Source: Octopus vulgaris (Eukaryota). From it: 64,000 bases of DNA. The translations under genes were made by a program, and so were the position numbers. Below are positions 37,878 through 48,903 of this stretch, in pieces. Within the stretch, counting starts at the first letter, position 1. Each line of letters starts with the position of its first letter. A model generated the notes under the pieces. It did no database searches. It worked only from the letters and a program-made list of their open reading frames with translations, and was not told the origin of the DNA. Location of the stretch: positions 4,650,001 through 4,714,000 of the forward strand of contig OX597818.1 in NCBI GenBank assembly GCA_951406725.2, read 5' to 3'.

Positions 37878-38527
37878 AAGAGACAGATCAAAGTGGAGTG
37901 CAAAGTGTGAAAGGCAGAGAAATGTAGGAGAGGGGGAAAGAGACAGTGTTATAGAGTCGTACCAAGTTTAAAGAAATATGTACTTTCATATAAGACCAAA
38001 AGGGTACGGGTGCCGCTATATATATATGTATATGTAAAAAAATACAAACTGGGACAAGAACGCAAAACGTTTAGAAGATGATACAAAAACCACGGACGGG
38101 ACATTCGAAGCCTTCAATCTTAAGTCAAGAACCGGATCATCCTCGCAATTTTGGCTGATTAATCTTGAGATTGCTCCGACCTGGCCAGCCCCAAAGGAAA
38201 ATCTAAGCCAAGCGCATTAGATTCCTTGGAAGAAAGCCTCGAATGTATACAAAACAAGGACAGAAAAATGGACGATGTTACACGAATAAGAATACAAAAA
38301 TACGTAAAAACAATAATGATAACACGAATAAGAATACAAAAATACGTAAAAACAATAATGATAATAATAATAACAAAAACAGGACGTCACAGACAGGCGT
38401 CTTTTTGACAGGATGAGTAAACTTTGAGCTGGCGTGAAAGAAAAATGCCTTGGGGCAGAGAGAGAAAAAAAATGTGTCTTGCCACGATGAGTGCTAATCA
38501 CGAAAATGCCGGCAATCGGTCAGTTAG
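36577..38527. repeat. Head-to-tail tandem array of a ~725-bp unit (~2.7 copies)
   Basis: 'gggacaagaa' recurs at 36601, 37327 and 38051. Units contain a (GA)n tract. The third copy has an internal 42-bp duplication (38280/38322). Confidence 0.92.
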
Positions 38528-38568
38528 GAATATATATACACACACACACACACACATATACATACATA

Positions 38569-38635
<67 letters not shown>

Positions 38636-38829
38636 GTATAATAGAGATATGTTACAAAAAGAAAATAGAAACTACACGTGGAAATGTAAGGGGAAAGTAA
38701 GAAGAAAAATAAGCGAAAATGCACATTGGAAATCAAGAAAGTAAAGGCTTTTTATGAAAAGTAATGATAGATATATACAATTAGATGAGCTAAGGTAGGA
38801 ATAAAAGTAACAAAAGTAATTATTGTGAA

Positions 38830-40450
38830 TTGTTAAAGAGATTCAAAAGCATACCAGTTTCGTAAAATTACTAATCATTGCTTTGAATGCACACTGATTA
38901 CTGAACAGTGTTAGGTCTACTAGTCCCTGAGTAAAAAGATTATGTGTAAGGGAGGTAAGTAGTTCTGGATTTAGTGCATTTAGGGTAGATATAGATCTGT
39001 AATGTGAATGGTGTATGGGATGTAGGGGGGTTAGTGGTATTAATTAACAGGTTAGTAGTGTTCTGTATTATGTTATGTGTTGATATTGAGTAGTGGAAGA
39101 TATTTATTGATGAAAGTTGCCTCTTTATTCATTTTTTGTTGTACTGGGGTGTTCTGTGAACATTGATAGAAGGGGAAAATTAGGATTAAGATTCCTAGCA
39201 CACCTTTCTATGTGTTCACTGACCTGTATCTGTCTGTATTGTGGGTGGCAGATTTGTTGTTTGTGAAGAGTGGTTCTTTGAAGGAGTGATATTCCTGTTT
39301 GGCCAATATAATTATTACCACACCCTAAGCATGTAATGGCATAGATTAGATTTTCCAAGGCACAAATGAAATTTAATTTAATCTTAAATATTTCACCTTG
39401 TTTAAAGTGGAACTCTGAACCCTCTAAAAGGTGGGGGCATGTACCAAAGTTAGGTCGATCACATTTTTTCACGTTTGGTTCTGTTGTTAATGGATATAGT
39501 CTCGCACTGGTTAATAAGTTTTTCTATGATTTAGGTTGAATTTTGCTTTTAATAATTTTGTGTGAGCTTAAAATTTTGTTCATTGTTTTATCTCCTGTGA
39601 GGATGGCTAGATTTTGGATGATAATGTGGAAGGCTTCGTTGTTTCTAGGGTTATGTGTGGAGATGAATGGGAGTATTTTTAAGTCTGGCTTAGTATTTCA
39701 TTTGACTTCCCTAAATGTTCGTATATCTATTTCCTCAGCTTGTTTAATGCCATCATTTATTAATGATATAGGGTAATGTCTTTTGATTAGTATTGATCTG
39801 AGTTCAAGGAGTCTTCATTCACAAGTATAGGTGCCCAAAACTATGGTACAGATTCTTTTCACTAGATTATAAGGCATATTAATTTTTATGTGTTTGAGGT
39901 GGCATGAGTTGAATAATAGGTATTGTTTAGAATCTGTGGATGTATAGAAGATGTCTGTTTCGATGTGGTTATTGACAATTTTAATTAGGATGTCAAGAAA
40001 AGGGAGTTGTTTACTGCTGTGTTCCATGGTGAATTGTATGTTGCTATTGATATTGTTAAGCATTTGAAATCAGGGAGTTTGTCCATGATGTCTTTCCAAA
40101 GTATAAAGCAATCGTCCAAATACCTCTTCCAGTTCTTCTTTAAATAGCAATGAAATGAGGTGCCATATTTTTGTAGTGATGATTGATATATTTTAAGCTC
40201 TAGGTAACACATTACAAAGTTCACAATCACTGGAGCAGCTCGAGTTCCCATTGCAATTCCACATTTATGTCGATAGTAAACTGATGAATTTGATGAAAGG
40301 ATGAATTTGAATGCTGCGATTATGAATCTGTGGTTGATGCATCCTGGGATCTCTTCTGGGTATTTTTCTAGCTTCTATACCATAATCGTGTGGGATATTG
40401 GTGTACAAATTCACCACATCAGATGATACTAACAGGGTTCCTTCATTTAT
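38830..40450 (-). mobile_element. Penelope-like element (RT + GIY-YIG, Neptune-like), decayed
   Basis: MGTRAAP, WKRYLDDCF, LPFLDILI, CPHL...FICALENLIYAITCLGCGNNYIGQTG...QRTTLHKQQI, with a degenerate hammerhead downstream at 38841-38888. Confidence 0.9.
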
Positions 40451-42429
40451 TCAGTAAGCAAATTATTTGTTGATACATAATCAATAATAAATTATCATGT
40501 GCATGTAAAACAGTATGAATCAAAACTATGATGTACATATTCATACTTTATGTTATGGCATGTTTGAACCAGATTGTCAATTGCTGTTGTATTGTTCACT
40601 TCCTTCAAATCTAATTAAAAGTCCTTTTTATTAGTAACAAATTGTGACCTGTGAAAGCTCTTAACTATAAATTTAGATTGGCAGGAACTATTTACAACTA
40701 ACGATCATTTAAACTAGACAGTAATTTCGGAATAAATTTAATTTACACAAACTTTGTAAAACTTTTTACATCAGACCTACATGTATTTCATTTTCTTCTG
40801 AAAATATGATGATGAAATAAAACAAGAAACAAGGGAATGTAAATGATGATGATGATGATGGTAGTGATGGTGATGATGGGGAGGGGGGGGAGAAAAGAAG
40901 AATGACAGAAGAGGAAGGGGAAGAAACTCAGAGGAGAGAAGAAGAAGGAAGTAGAGGAGGAAGAAACTCAGAGAAAAACACAAGGTGAACATAGAAAGAG
41001 AAACACTCAGAAGAAAACAAAGAAATAAAACACACAAAATAGAATGATGACTAAAGTGATGAGAAACACAAAAGGAAGATAATGGTAACAAAATCTTAAA
41101 AAATACAAGGAAGTGTTCTGTAGTCTGGATTTACATCAACTCCTCAAAGTGGTGAATCTTGGAATTGTTTATGATTTTTTTAAAATCCTGCACTTCTCAT
41201 TTTATGAAATTATCAGGGAAAATGTTACAACATTATTAATTCTAATATTTTAATTGAAGAGCATTATAAGAGTTTAAACAAAGCCAAGACATTGCTTAGT
41301 CTTCTTGTTTCCAAGTTCAATATCTCATTTGCAGTGTGATCTCCAGTGTTTAATGTACCTGAGATCAGTATTGATTGATGCTGCTATTCTGGGGAATTGC
41401 TTACAGAATGCAAGATTGTGATGTGATAGATTACAAAAGAGTGAAAGGTCATGTCATTGTTGCAAATGATTGATTGTCAAATGAAGTAATATAAGAAGAA
41501 ATTTTGAGATGGAGTTATCTGGAAACCACTTTACTAGGAAATAAAAACAGAACAAGAAAAGAAAAATCTCTAGAAATAGAGAACAAGAAATGAAATAGAA
41601 TGCACAGAAATTCCAACACAGTGGAAAGCATTTCATTTTCTTTTTGCTAAAAGGCAAAAAGAAAATTAAATAACCCTATCACAGGATAGCAGCCAAATGC
41701 ATTTTGTAAGATGTAAAGTATTGTTTGTAGAATATCAATTTACAGAAATACAAATACATGTTTAGTAATAGGTAGCAATTGGAGTTTTGCTATTGTTAAA
41801 ACTGTATCCCCCAAATTAGATATTATTTTCAGGATCAGAAAATACTTTGGTTCTGATGAGTTGCTGACCCTCTACAAATACACCAGTAAGACTGACACTC
41901 ATTAAAATACTGAGCATGTGTCTTGGATACAGCTGGTGTAAGTGAGGCAAGAAGAGAACCTCTACATGATTACTTAAATGCTAGAAATTTTCATGTCAGC
42001 CAAATCACATTAATGTCGTCATAGGTATATTAATGGCAGAGATTGTCAGCTGAAATGTCCTTGATCTGTGTAAATCATAACAACATTTTTTGCAGTGCAC
42101 ACACACACACACACACACACACACAATGGCATCATATTAAAAAAAAGCAATCCTTTATTGATGCATGTGCATGGGTGTGTAATTTAAAAGTTTGCATTGT
42201 AGCAATGTTGTTTCAAGTCCAATCTCATAACATGTTACCTTTCTGTCGATCACTCTTGAGTGAAATATACTAGATGTAAATTCTATGTATATGCATATGT
42301 GCCTGTGTCTAGGTGTGTGTGTGTGTGTGTGTATTCGTATGTCTCTGTATGTGTGTATATTTGTGTGTATGTGTGTCTATATACACACATTCACACACAC
42401 ACCTATACATCACATCTCTCAGTATATAT

Positions 42430-44288
42430 ATCATCATCATGATCATCAGATGGCTTGACATCATGCTCCAACGTTTGTTTTGGCTTGGTTTTAATGGCTA
42501 GATGCCCTTCCTAATGCCAACCACTTTAGAAAGTGGACTGTGTGCTTTTTTTTCATGCCACCTGCACCACTGAAGTTACCATGCAGCTCATGGAAGCTTT
42601 ATGGGGTGAGAAGTGGAGGTCAAATTCATGCTAGTGGATATGGGATTGAACCACGAGAAGACAGTGGGTGTGTGTGAAGGGGTGTATTGCATGTTCTTGT
42701 AGAGGATCTGTATGGTTACTCACATCTAGTAAGGGAAGGAAAGAGTAAGAGAAAATGAACAGTAGGAGTTGCAAGAGATAGTGGTGATGAGGTGCCTAGA
42801 TGACCCCAAAGGCATAAGGTGAGTTGAAGAATGTGTTTGCAAGACTGTATGGGAAGGAAAATGAGGAGATGGTGGACGAGGATGGGAGGCATACTGTCAG
42901 AATGGGTAGCAGCAGGAGTAGTAAAGATGATATAGTCGTTGGTGGGGGAAGACACAAGAGAGAGATGACAGAGTTGGCAGCCTGCAGGATTCAGGGGTAG
43001 GGAGAAGAAGCATGTCTAATTATTGGAGGGAAGAAGAGTCACTATAATGTGGGTAAAAGGTAAAATGCAAAGCACTTCCAGAATTCAGTTTTGCTGATGA
43101 GGGTGCATCTTTTTAAGAACCTCATTACCAGAGATCCCAGTCCTTTGTGAAGCTCAGGGTCCCGAGGTCAGTCTTAACCACTTCATCCTATGACTTCCTG
43201 AGTCTCCCTCTTCTGCAAGTCCCAGACACCATTAGCAATTTGCACTATTTTATACAGCTGCCCTCATCCATATGCATTATGTATCCATACCAGTGCAGTC
43301 TTCTTTCTTGCTCACAACAAGTGATTCCTCTAATATTCAGTTTTTTATTCAGAACTTTTGAACTAATTCTTTCATGTACACTCATGTTGCACATCCTGCA
43401 AGAGCATGCTTGTTTCATTTCTTTCCAGTCTTCTCAGATTCTCTGCATTCAAGGCCAATGTCTCACTAATATTTAGCTTTGTAGTTCTAAAAATAAGCAT
43501 CACACCGTCTGCCCTTCACTCTTATGGAAAAGATCATTGTTATAAGCAGTGGTAGCAGCTCCTTGAATTTTCTCCAACCAGTTCTTGCTCAAGCTACTAT
43601 ACTTTCAGAGCAATCACCTCCCTTGTTAATTATATCTCATAGGTAACATAACCTATTGACTACTTGTAGTGAGCTATCTGAGCATTTAAGAGACTCAATT
43701 TCCCATGTGCTTGTATGAACTGCTCTAGTGCATCTACCACATATGAAGCTTACTTTTTCAGATAGTCTGCTGGTGAGTCCACAACATCTTTTGTATGTTC
43801 ATAGTTTACATTGAGTACAGTATGGAATTTATACCTAGTCCTTTTCTGTAAATCAAGTAATTGGCACCCATGCTGGTGGCACGTAAAGTGCACTGTTTGA
43901 GCATTGGGCCTCACGGAGGCAAAGTGGCTGAGTTCTTTATGAGCATTGGACCTCATGGAGGTAAAGTGACTAAGTGTTGCACCTCATGGAAGGAATGACT
44001 GAGACCTTTGGCATTATGCTGTGCTTGAGAAGAAGACCCATCAAGTCAAGTAAAATCGTAGTTGTAGCAGATACCGGTGTCATGCAAATGGCATCCATGT
44101 TGGTGGCATGTAAAAGCACCCATTAAACTCTTGGAGTGGTTGGCATTAGGAAGGGCATCCAGCCAAAGCAAACCATGCCAAATCAGATTGGAGTCTGGTG
44201 CAGCCTTCTAGCTTACCAGCCCTGGTTAAACTGTCCAACTCATGTCAGTATGGACAACAGAGGTTAAATGATGATGATGATGATGATG
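42430..44288. mobile_element. Cluster of RTE remnants in opposite orientations
   Basis: Minus-strand 3' UTR (~42430-42600), minus-strand C-terminal coding relic (~43130-43850), plus-strand 3' UTR with (GAT)n tail (~43860-44288). Confidence 0.72.
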
Positions 44289-44305
44289 TTGATATATATA
44301 TATAT

Positions 44306-45483
44306 AATTCCCATCATTATCAATGACTTCCTTCCATCTACTCATCAGATTTTTAATTCCATTGGTGAAAAACTATTTTGGTTTTGATGAGAAAGAAGAG
44401 AGGTCATTTTTGACCTCTTTGGGACTTTTGAGTACTAATCCATCGAAATGATGCAGTAAACTTCGAAACAAATGGAAGGAGTGAGGTTCAAGAAATAAGA
44501 CAGGTAAGGAATTTTTTCCCAGCCAAATTCTTTGATTTTGTCTGATGTAATCTTTGCCCTGTGAGGCCTTACATTATCATGATGAAACGCCATTCCCTTA
44601 CGATTCACCAAAACAGGCCTTTTTTCTTTCAAAGGAGCAATCTAAACACTCTAATTTTTGGCAATAGGTGTGAGCAATAATTGTTGCATTAGTTGGTAGC
44701 AGCTCAAAGTGGATGACTCCAATGCAATCCTACCAAACAGAAAGAAGAATCTTTTTTGCATGGGGATCCTTTTTGGATTGAGATTTAGACTATTCTCCAC
44801 AACTAAGTCATTGCCAACATCACTTAATATTTTCATTAAAAAATCCAGTCACTAACCTGTCCAAAAATGGTGAGATGCATTCATGAGAGTGAAGAGGTGT
44901 GCAGATGTTCACTTGTGATTTTCAGTTGGTTTCTGTCAAATAATGTGGAATCCATTTTCTGAGTTTGGGCAAGCTGGTGAAGATGGTGGTGAACAGTTGA
45001 AGGCTTGATTTGAGCTTGCTTGCCAATTCTTCAACTGACACAGCATTATTCTTCTAAAGCTCTGACAAAAGAAGCTCATCATCAAATCCAACAGGGCATC
45101 CTATTTATGGCCTCTCTCTTAGGCTGAAATCACTACTTTTGAACTTTGTAAACCATCTTCTGCAACTTCTTTCATTTAAGCACTCTTCCCCATAAACAGA
45201 ATGAATGTTTTGGGTTGTTTCTGCTGCACTGTTTCCCTTTTTGAACTCATAAAGCATTATGTGCCTTAAATGCTCCTTCAATACGTCCAACATTGAGGGG
45301 TTAATATTAGTAGTAATTTATTCAGTCAGATTAATTAATAATGAAAAGAAATTATATTAAGTTTAAAGGGTTCCAAATCCATTTGAGTATCAATCAATAC
45401 CATTTGATATTTTAGAATACTGTAAAATGTGATAGAAATTACATATATGATATTTTGGACATTATTTATGAGGTGATCTGTTA
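44306..45483 (-). mobile_element. Decayed mariner transposon
   Basis: HTH HLRHIMLYEFKKGNSAAETTQNI...CRRWFTKFKSSDFSL (45105-45293) and catalytic relic FHHDNVRPH...GWEKIPY (44435-44632). TIR-like sequence at ~45455-45483. Confidence 0.88.
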
Positions 45484-45627
45484 CTTGAAAATTTTGAATT
45501 TATTTTTGATTTATGTCAAAATTAGTGGTCATGCAGTGCATGTATTGCATACCTCGAATGCATGCAACTGTTACATGTACATAGGTTTGGTAGAACAAGC
45601 AAAAGAAACAGAAGTTAGTATATAGAG

Positions 45628-45717
45628 AATACTAAACGAGTTCCCTATGGATACCGTATTTATTACAAGCCACGAGTTGTAATAAATATGGTATCCATAG
45701 GGAATGAGTTTGGTATT
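45628..45717. repeat. Terminal hairpin of the Crypton (41-bp arms, 8-nt loop)
   Basis: 45628-45668 versus reverse complement of 45677-45717: 36 of 41 identical, two of the mismatches G.T-compatible. Confidence 0.93.
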
Positions 45718-46051
45718 TTATTTATTACACACGAATAAACGACCATATTTTATTAATTTAATAATTAAATCCTTCACATCATGTTGAAGCGCGCATGAAT
45801 ACAGCTTGATTTCACGTCAGTGACGTCACAATGTGTAACTGTAAAAGATGTCATGCCGCAGGAAGATAGTCCGACTTTATAGCGCTAAGTTTTCAGGTGA
45901 AATGACTGATAACTGATGACTATTTAACATTTTGTTAACATTCAAGTTCACGTTCAAGAAATACATAACACAGATTGAATCTTCAATAACTTTAATAATA
46001 CTCAAACATATTTTCGAGTAGCAATGTCAGTCAGCAATAGTCCAGGAAAAC

Positions 46052-47620
46052 TTAACAGTCCTCATTATCTGTGAGACGAGGTTGCTTTGCATCTGAACCA
46101 AAGAAGTTCACATTGATTGTTCCCCCAAATATTGGAGCCGAGAAAATGGAGTGCAATGAACCAAAGCAAGTGACAGCGTTCCGAGGTTGACTCGACGTAA
46201 CGTTGACAGTGGAGGGGAGTTCACTTGCACTCGCTGCTGCTGTGTGTGACGGAGGTAGAAGCGAACCAGGCTGGTCATTGTTGCTACTAAGGATGTTACT
46301 GATGGCACGATGACAATCCATGGAAATATTGCTGTAACTATTGATGCTTTGCACATTACGATGTCCAGATATCTGCATGATTTCAGTTGGAGGAATGTTC
46401 TGGTCAGCGAGCTTCTGCACAAGGTATTTGCGTGCTGAATGGTTCGTGAATCTTTGATTGTCCAAACCAGCTGATTTAGCCATCCTTTTCATAATTGTAC
46501 CTAGTTTGTTGACACCGACCGGTTGACGTTTAAACCAGGGATGAGAATGGGAGGCATCTTTGCAGTTGGTGGCCAAATAAAATGGTGAATCCGGCGATGA
46601 ATAATCTGATGGTCTCAGATCAGCAAAACGCTTGTACAGGTTAACTGGACAACGCTCATCATTCGTCGCCCATGCTTTTGGGTAGATGTTACGTGCATGG
46701 TCAAGATTATCATCTTGACAAGTTTTGGACTGTCGCTCCCTAAACTGAAGGAATTCCTTGCCTTCATTGTCAACATGCAAAGAAACATCGCCCCATCGCA
46801 TGTCGTTGTGAGGTTTGACACTCCGGATACCAAAGTGAACGGTGTTGTTCCACCATAGCGTGTTGAGGATGGATTCAGGTGTGTTCGTACCGAGCTGGTC
46901 ACATTCCCATAGCTTGTTGATATCATCGTCGGAGAGAGATTCCGTGCATCGAGGTAGGTTTCCCATTCCTTCACTTTTCAACAGCTTTTGCTTCGTTTTT
47001 AGTATGTCATGTAGTTTCACGAATGTCCCGTCCGAGAATAGTGACGTCGAGTAGTGTTTTGACTTCAGATATCTTTCAATACTGGATAACATTCCCATCA
47101 AAGATGAAGGTTCATAGTTGCTACCGTCTGGCTTTCGTAACGAAATAAAGAAAGTACAGAGAATGTCACAAAGTTCGCTTTTGTCGATAGATTCAATTGG
47201 ATGCATGTCGCCATTTGTCGCCATGAAAGCAAACAATCGTTTAACATCATAGTTTGTTTTTCGAAGAGTGTTTTTATTTTGATTACCTTGAACGAATTTA
47301 TCTATTCCAGAATGATCATACCTCGGTTGAAATTCAAGATCATTATGGCTATCATCAAAGAAATCGTCATGAAGAAGATCATTGTACACCTCATCAGGGA
47401 TGTTAAATGCAGGGTTCGATGACAATCCACTCGTCGATGACACTGTTTCAGGTACCTTTGTTAACCTGTATCCAGCAACATGTCGAACTTGGCCAGTATT
47501 TATCTTCACATTGAACATTCTATATGTTCCAAGAGGTTGAACAATGGATAATACTCTTCCCCCATCTTTACCATCAATCTTAACAAAATCATTCACCTTG
47601 ATATCGATAACATTAGCCAT
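46052..47620 (-). CDS. Tyrosine recombinase, Crypton / DUF3504 (KIAA1958/ZMYM-related) family, 522 aa
   Basis: Uninterrupted ORF from the likely ATG at 47620. Motifs RKPDGSNYEPSSL, HFGIR (R 46823-25), RQSKT (K 46724-26), RCPVNLYK, PVGVNKL, FTNHSAR (H 46439-41, R 46430-32), ISGH (H 46361-63), SINSY (Y 46334-36). Confidence 0.92.
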   Translation of the reverse strand: MANVIDIKVNDFVKIDGKDGGRVLSIVQPLGTYRMFNVKINTGQVRHVAGYRLTKVPETVSSTSGLSSNPAFNIPDEVYNDLLHDDFFDDSHNDLEFQPRYDHSGIDKFVQGNQNKNTLRKTNYDVKRLFAFMATNGDMHPIESIDKSELCDILCTFFISLRKPDGSNYEPSSLMGMLSSIERYLKSKHYSTSLFSDGTFVKLHDILKTKQKLLKSEGMGNLPRCTESLSDDDINKLWECDQLGTNTPESILNTLWWNNTVHFGIRSVKPHNDMRWGDVSLHVDNEGKEFLQFRERQSKTCQDDNLDHARNIYPKAWATNDERCPVNLYKRFADLRPSDYSSPDSPFYLATNCKDASHSHPWFKRQPVGVNKLGTIMKRMAKSAGLDNQRFTNHSARKYLVQKLADQNIPPTEIMQISGHRNVQSINSYSNISMDCHRAISNILSSNNDQPGSLLPPSHTAAASASELPSTVNVTSSQPRNAVTCFGSLHSIFSAPIFGGTINVNFFGSDAKQPRLTDNEDC

Positions 47621-47638
47621 CTTGTTGATAGATCTACC

Positions 47639-47752
47639 TGCACTGCAACAGTATCGACGAGCAGACGATATATGTTTGCACTGCAACAGTATCGACGAGC
47701 AGACGATATATGTTTGCACTGCAACAGTATCGACGAGCAGACGATATATGTT
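47639..47752. repeat. Perfect 3 x 38-bp tandem repeat upstream of the recombinase ATG
   Basis: TGCACTGCAACAGTATCGACGAGCAGACGATATATGTT at 47639, 47677 and 47715. Confidence 0.97.
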
Positions 47753-48195
47753 GTGATTTTTTTGGCAACAAAAAATTGAATTACGACCAGAAATGTTTAT
47801 ATTTTATGTGTATATGACTTTAAGTGATATCTGGTATAAAAAAGATAGTATGTTTGTTTAAATATATGGCTACATTCTACCGGCTCGTGAAAGTTTAGTT
47901 GTAACTTATGAATGACAAAAGTAGTGTCGTCACCGTGACCTCGGGTCATCACCATGGATTGACCAATCAGAAGCAGCGCTCGCAGTATCTGACATATGTT
48001 AGATACCAAAAATATCTCAAAGTGTTCTCACTCACATGTGTGTAATAAATGAGTATATATACTTTTTTTATTTAATTTAATTGGTGGAAATTACAATAAC
48101 TGACTCCAATTTTGGTAGCTCGGTTCTTTATATAGAGTGAAATACATTTTGAAATATTTGATAAAAAACAAAATTGGAGGGTCATGTGAAAAATA

Positions 48196-48440
48196 CATCA
48201 TCATCATTACTTAATGTCTGTTTTCCATGCTGGCATGGGTTGAATGATTTGACAGGAGCTGACCAGCTGGGGAGCTGCACCAGGCACCAAATGTCTGTTT
48301 TGGCATGATTTCTATGGCTGAATGCTCTTCCTAATGCTAACCACTTTACAGAGTGTACTGGGTGCTTATCATGTGGCACTGGTATGGGTGCCATTTACGT
48401 GACACCAACATGGATGGCTTTTTATGTGGCACTTGTATGA
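48196..48440 (-). mobile_element. RTE 3' UTR fragment
   Basis: (CAT)n then 'ttttccatgctggcatgggtt...cttcctaatgctaaccact'. Confidence 0.78.
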
Positions 48441-48739
48441 GTGCATATTTTTTAAAAAATAGTCTGCCTATTAAACAGAACAAAATCCTGACTGGAGATA
48501 AAATCTAGTAAAAGAAAAAAAGTGCATAACAAATACATAGACATATATTATTGCTCATACATACATGTACATAAAAATTCAGATTATGCAATAGAAGCAG
48601 TTCTATAGTGTAAATATTATCAATACTACTAAGTTAATGTACATCTATTGTTTAAATGCCAGAAGCTGTGGTTCATTGTCCAAGAAAAACTCCATTTAAT
48701 CTGTTAAATGTAATTCTTATTTATTCACATTTTTTTCTT

Positions 48740-48903
48740 TTAATCATGCATTATCTTATAATTTTCAGATTCTAATGATACAGTAGTTAAAATTTTGGTC
48801 TGACATTGTAGGGTAGGTGTGAGAAGCTGGATTTGGCCAATATGAACATAAAAAGGTAGAATATTTTGGATAGATATGGCTGGTTTAAGTGCTAAAGGGT
48901 TAA
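48740..48903. mobile_element. Possible TTAA-type (piggyBac-like) MITE end
   Basis: Ends in AAAGGGTTAA. A similar AACCCTT...AAGGGTTAA pair bounds 49820-50115. Confidence 0.3.

Larger units (their letters stand above)
45617..48059 (-). mobile_element. Full-length Crypton-type tyrosine-recombinase DNA transposon
   Basis: AGTATATA direct repeats at 45617-45624 and 48052-48059, terminal hairpin, subterminal 13-bp inverted repeat (45720-45732 / 48038-48050), single intact recombinase ORF, and visibly more GC and CpG than the flanks. Confidence 0.85.

Noticed and set aside
40777-41091. Hydrophobic/His-rich ORF (also 52767-53171)
   Set aside because: Product of purine-rich low-complexity tracts.
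47621-47719. 33-aa N-terminal extension of the recombinase given by the ORF track
   Set aside because: It is encoded largely by the tandem repeat; the ATG at 47620 (aacaagATGG) is the more plausible start.
47639-47752. 38-bp repeats beside a recombinase as a CRISPR-like array
   Set aside because: The units are directly adjacent with no spacers, there are no cas genes, and the context is eukaryotic.
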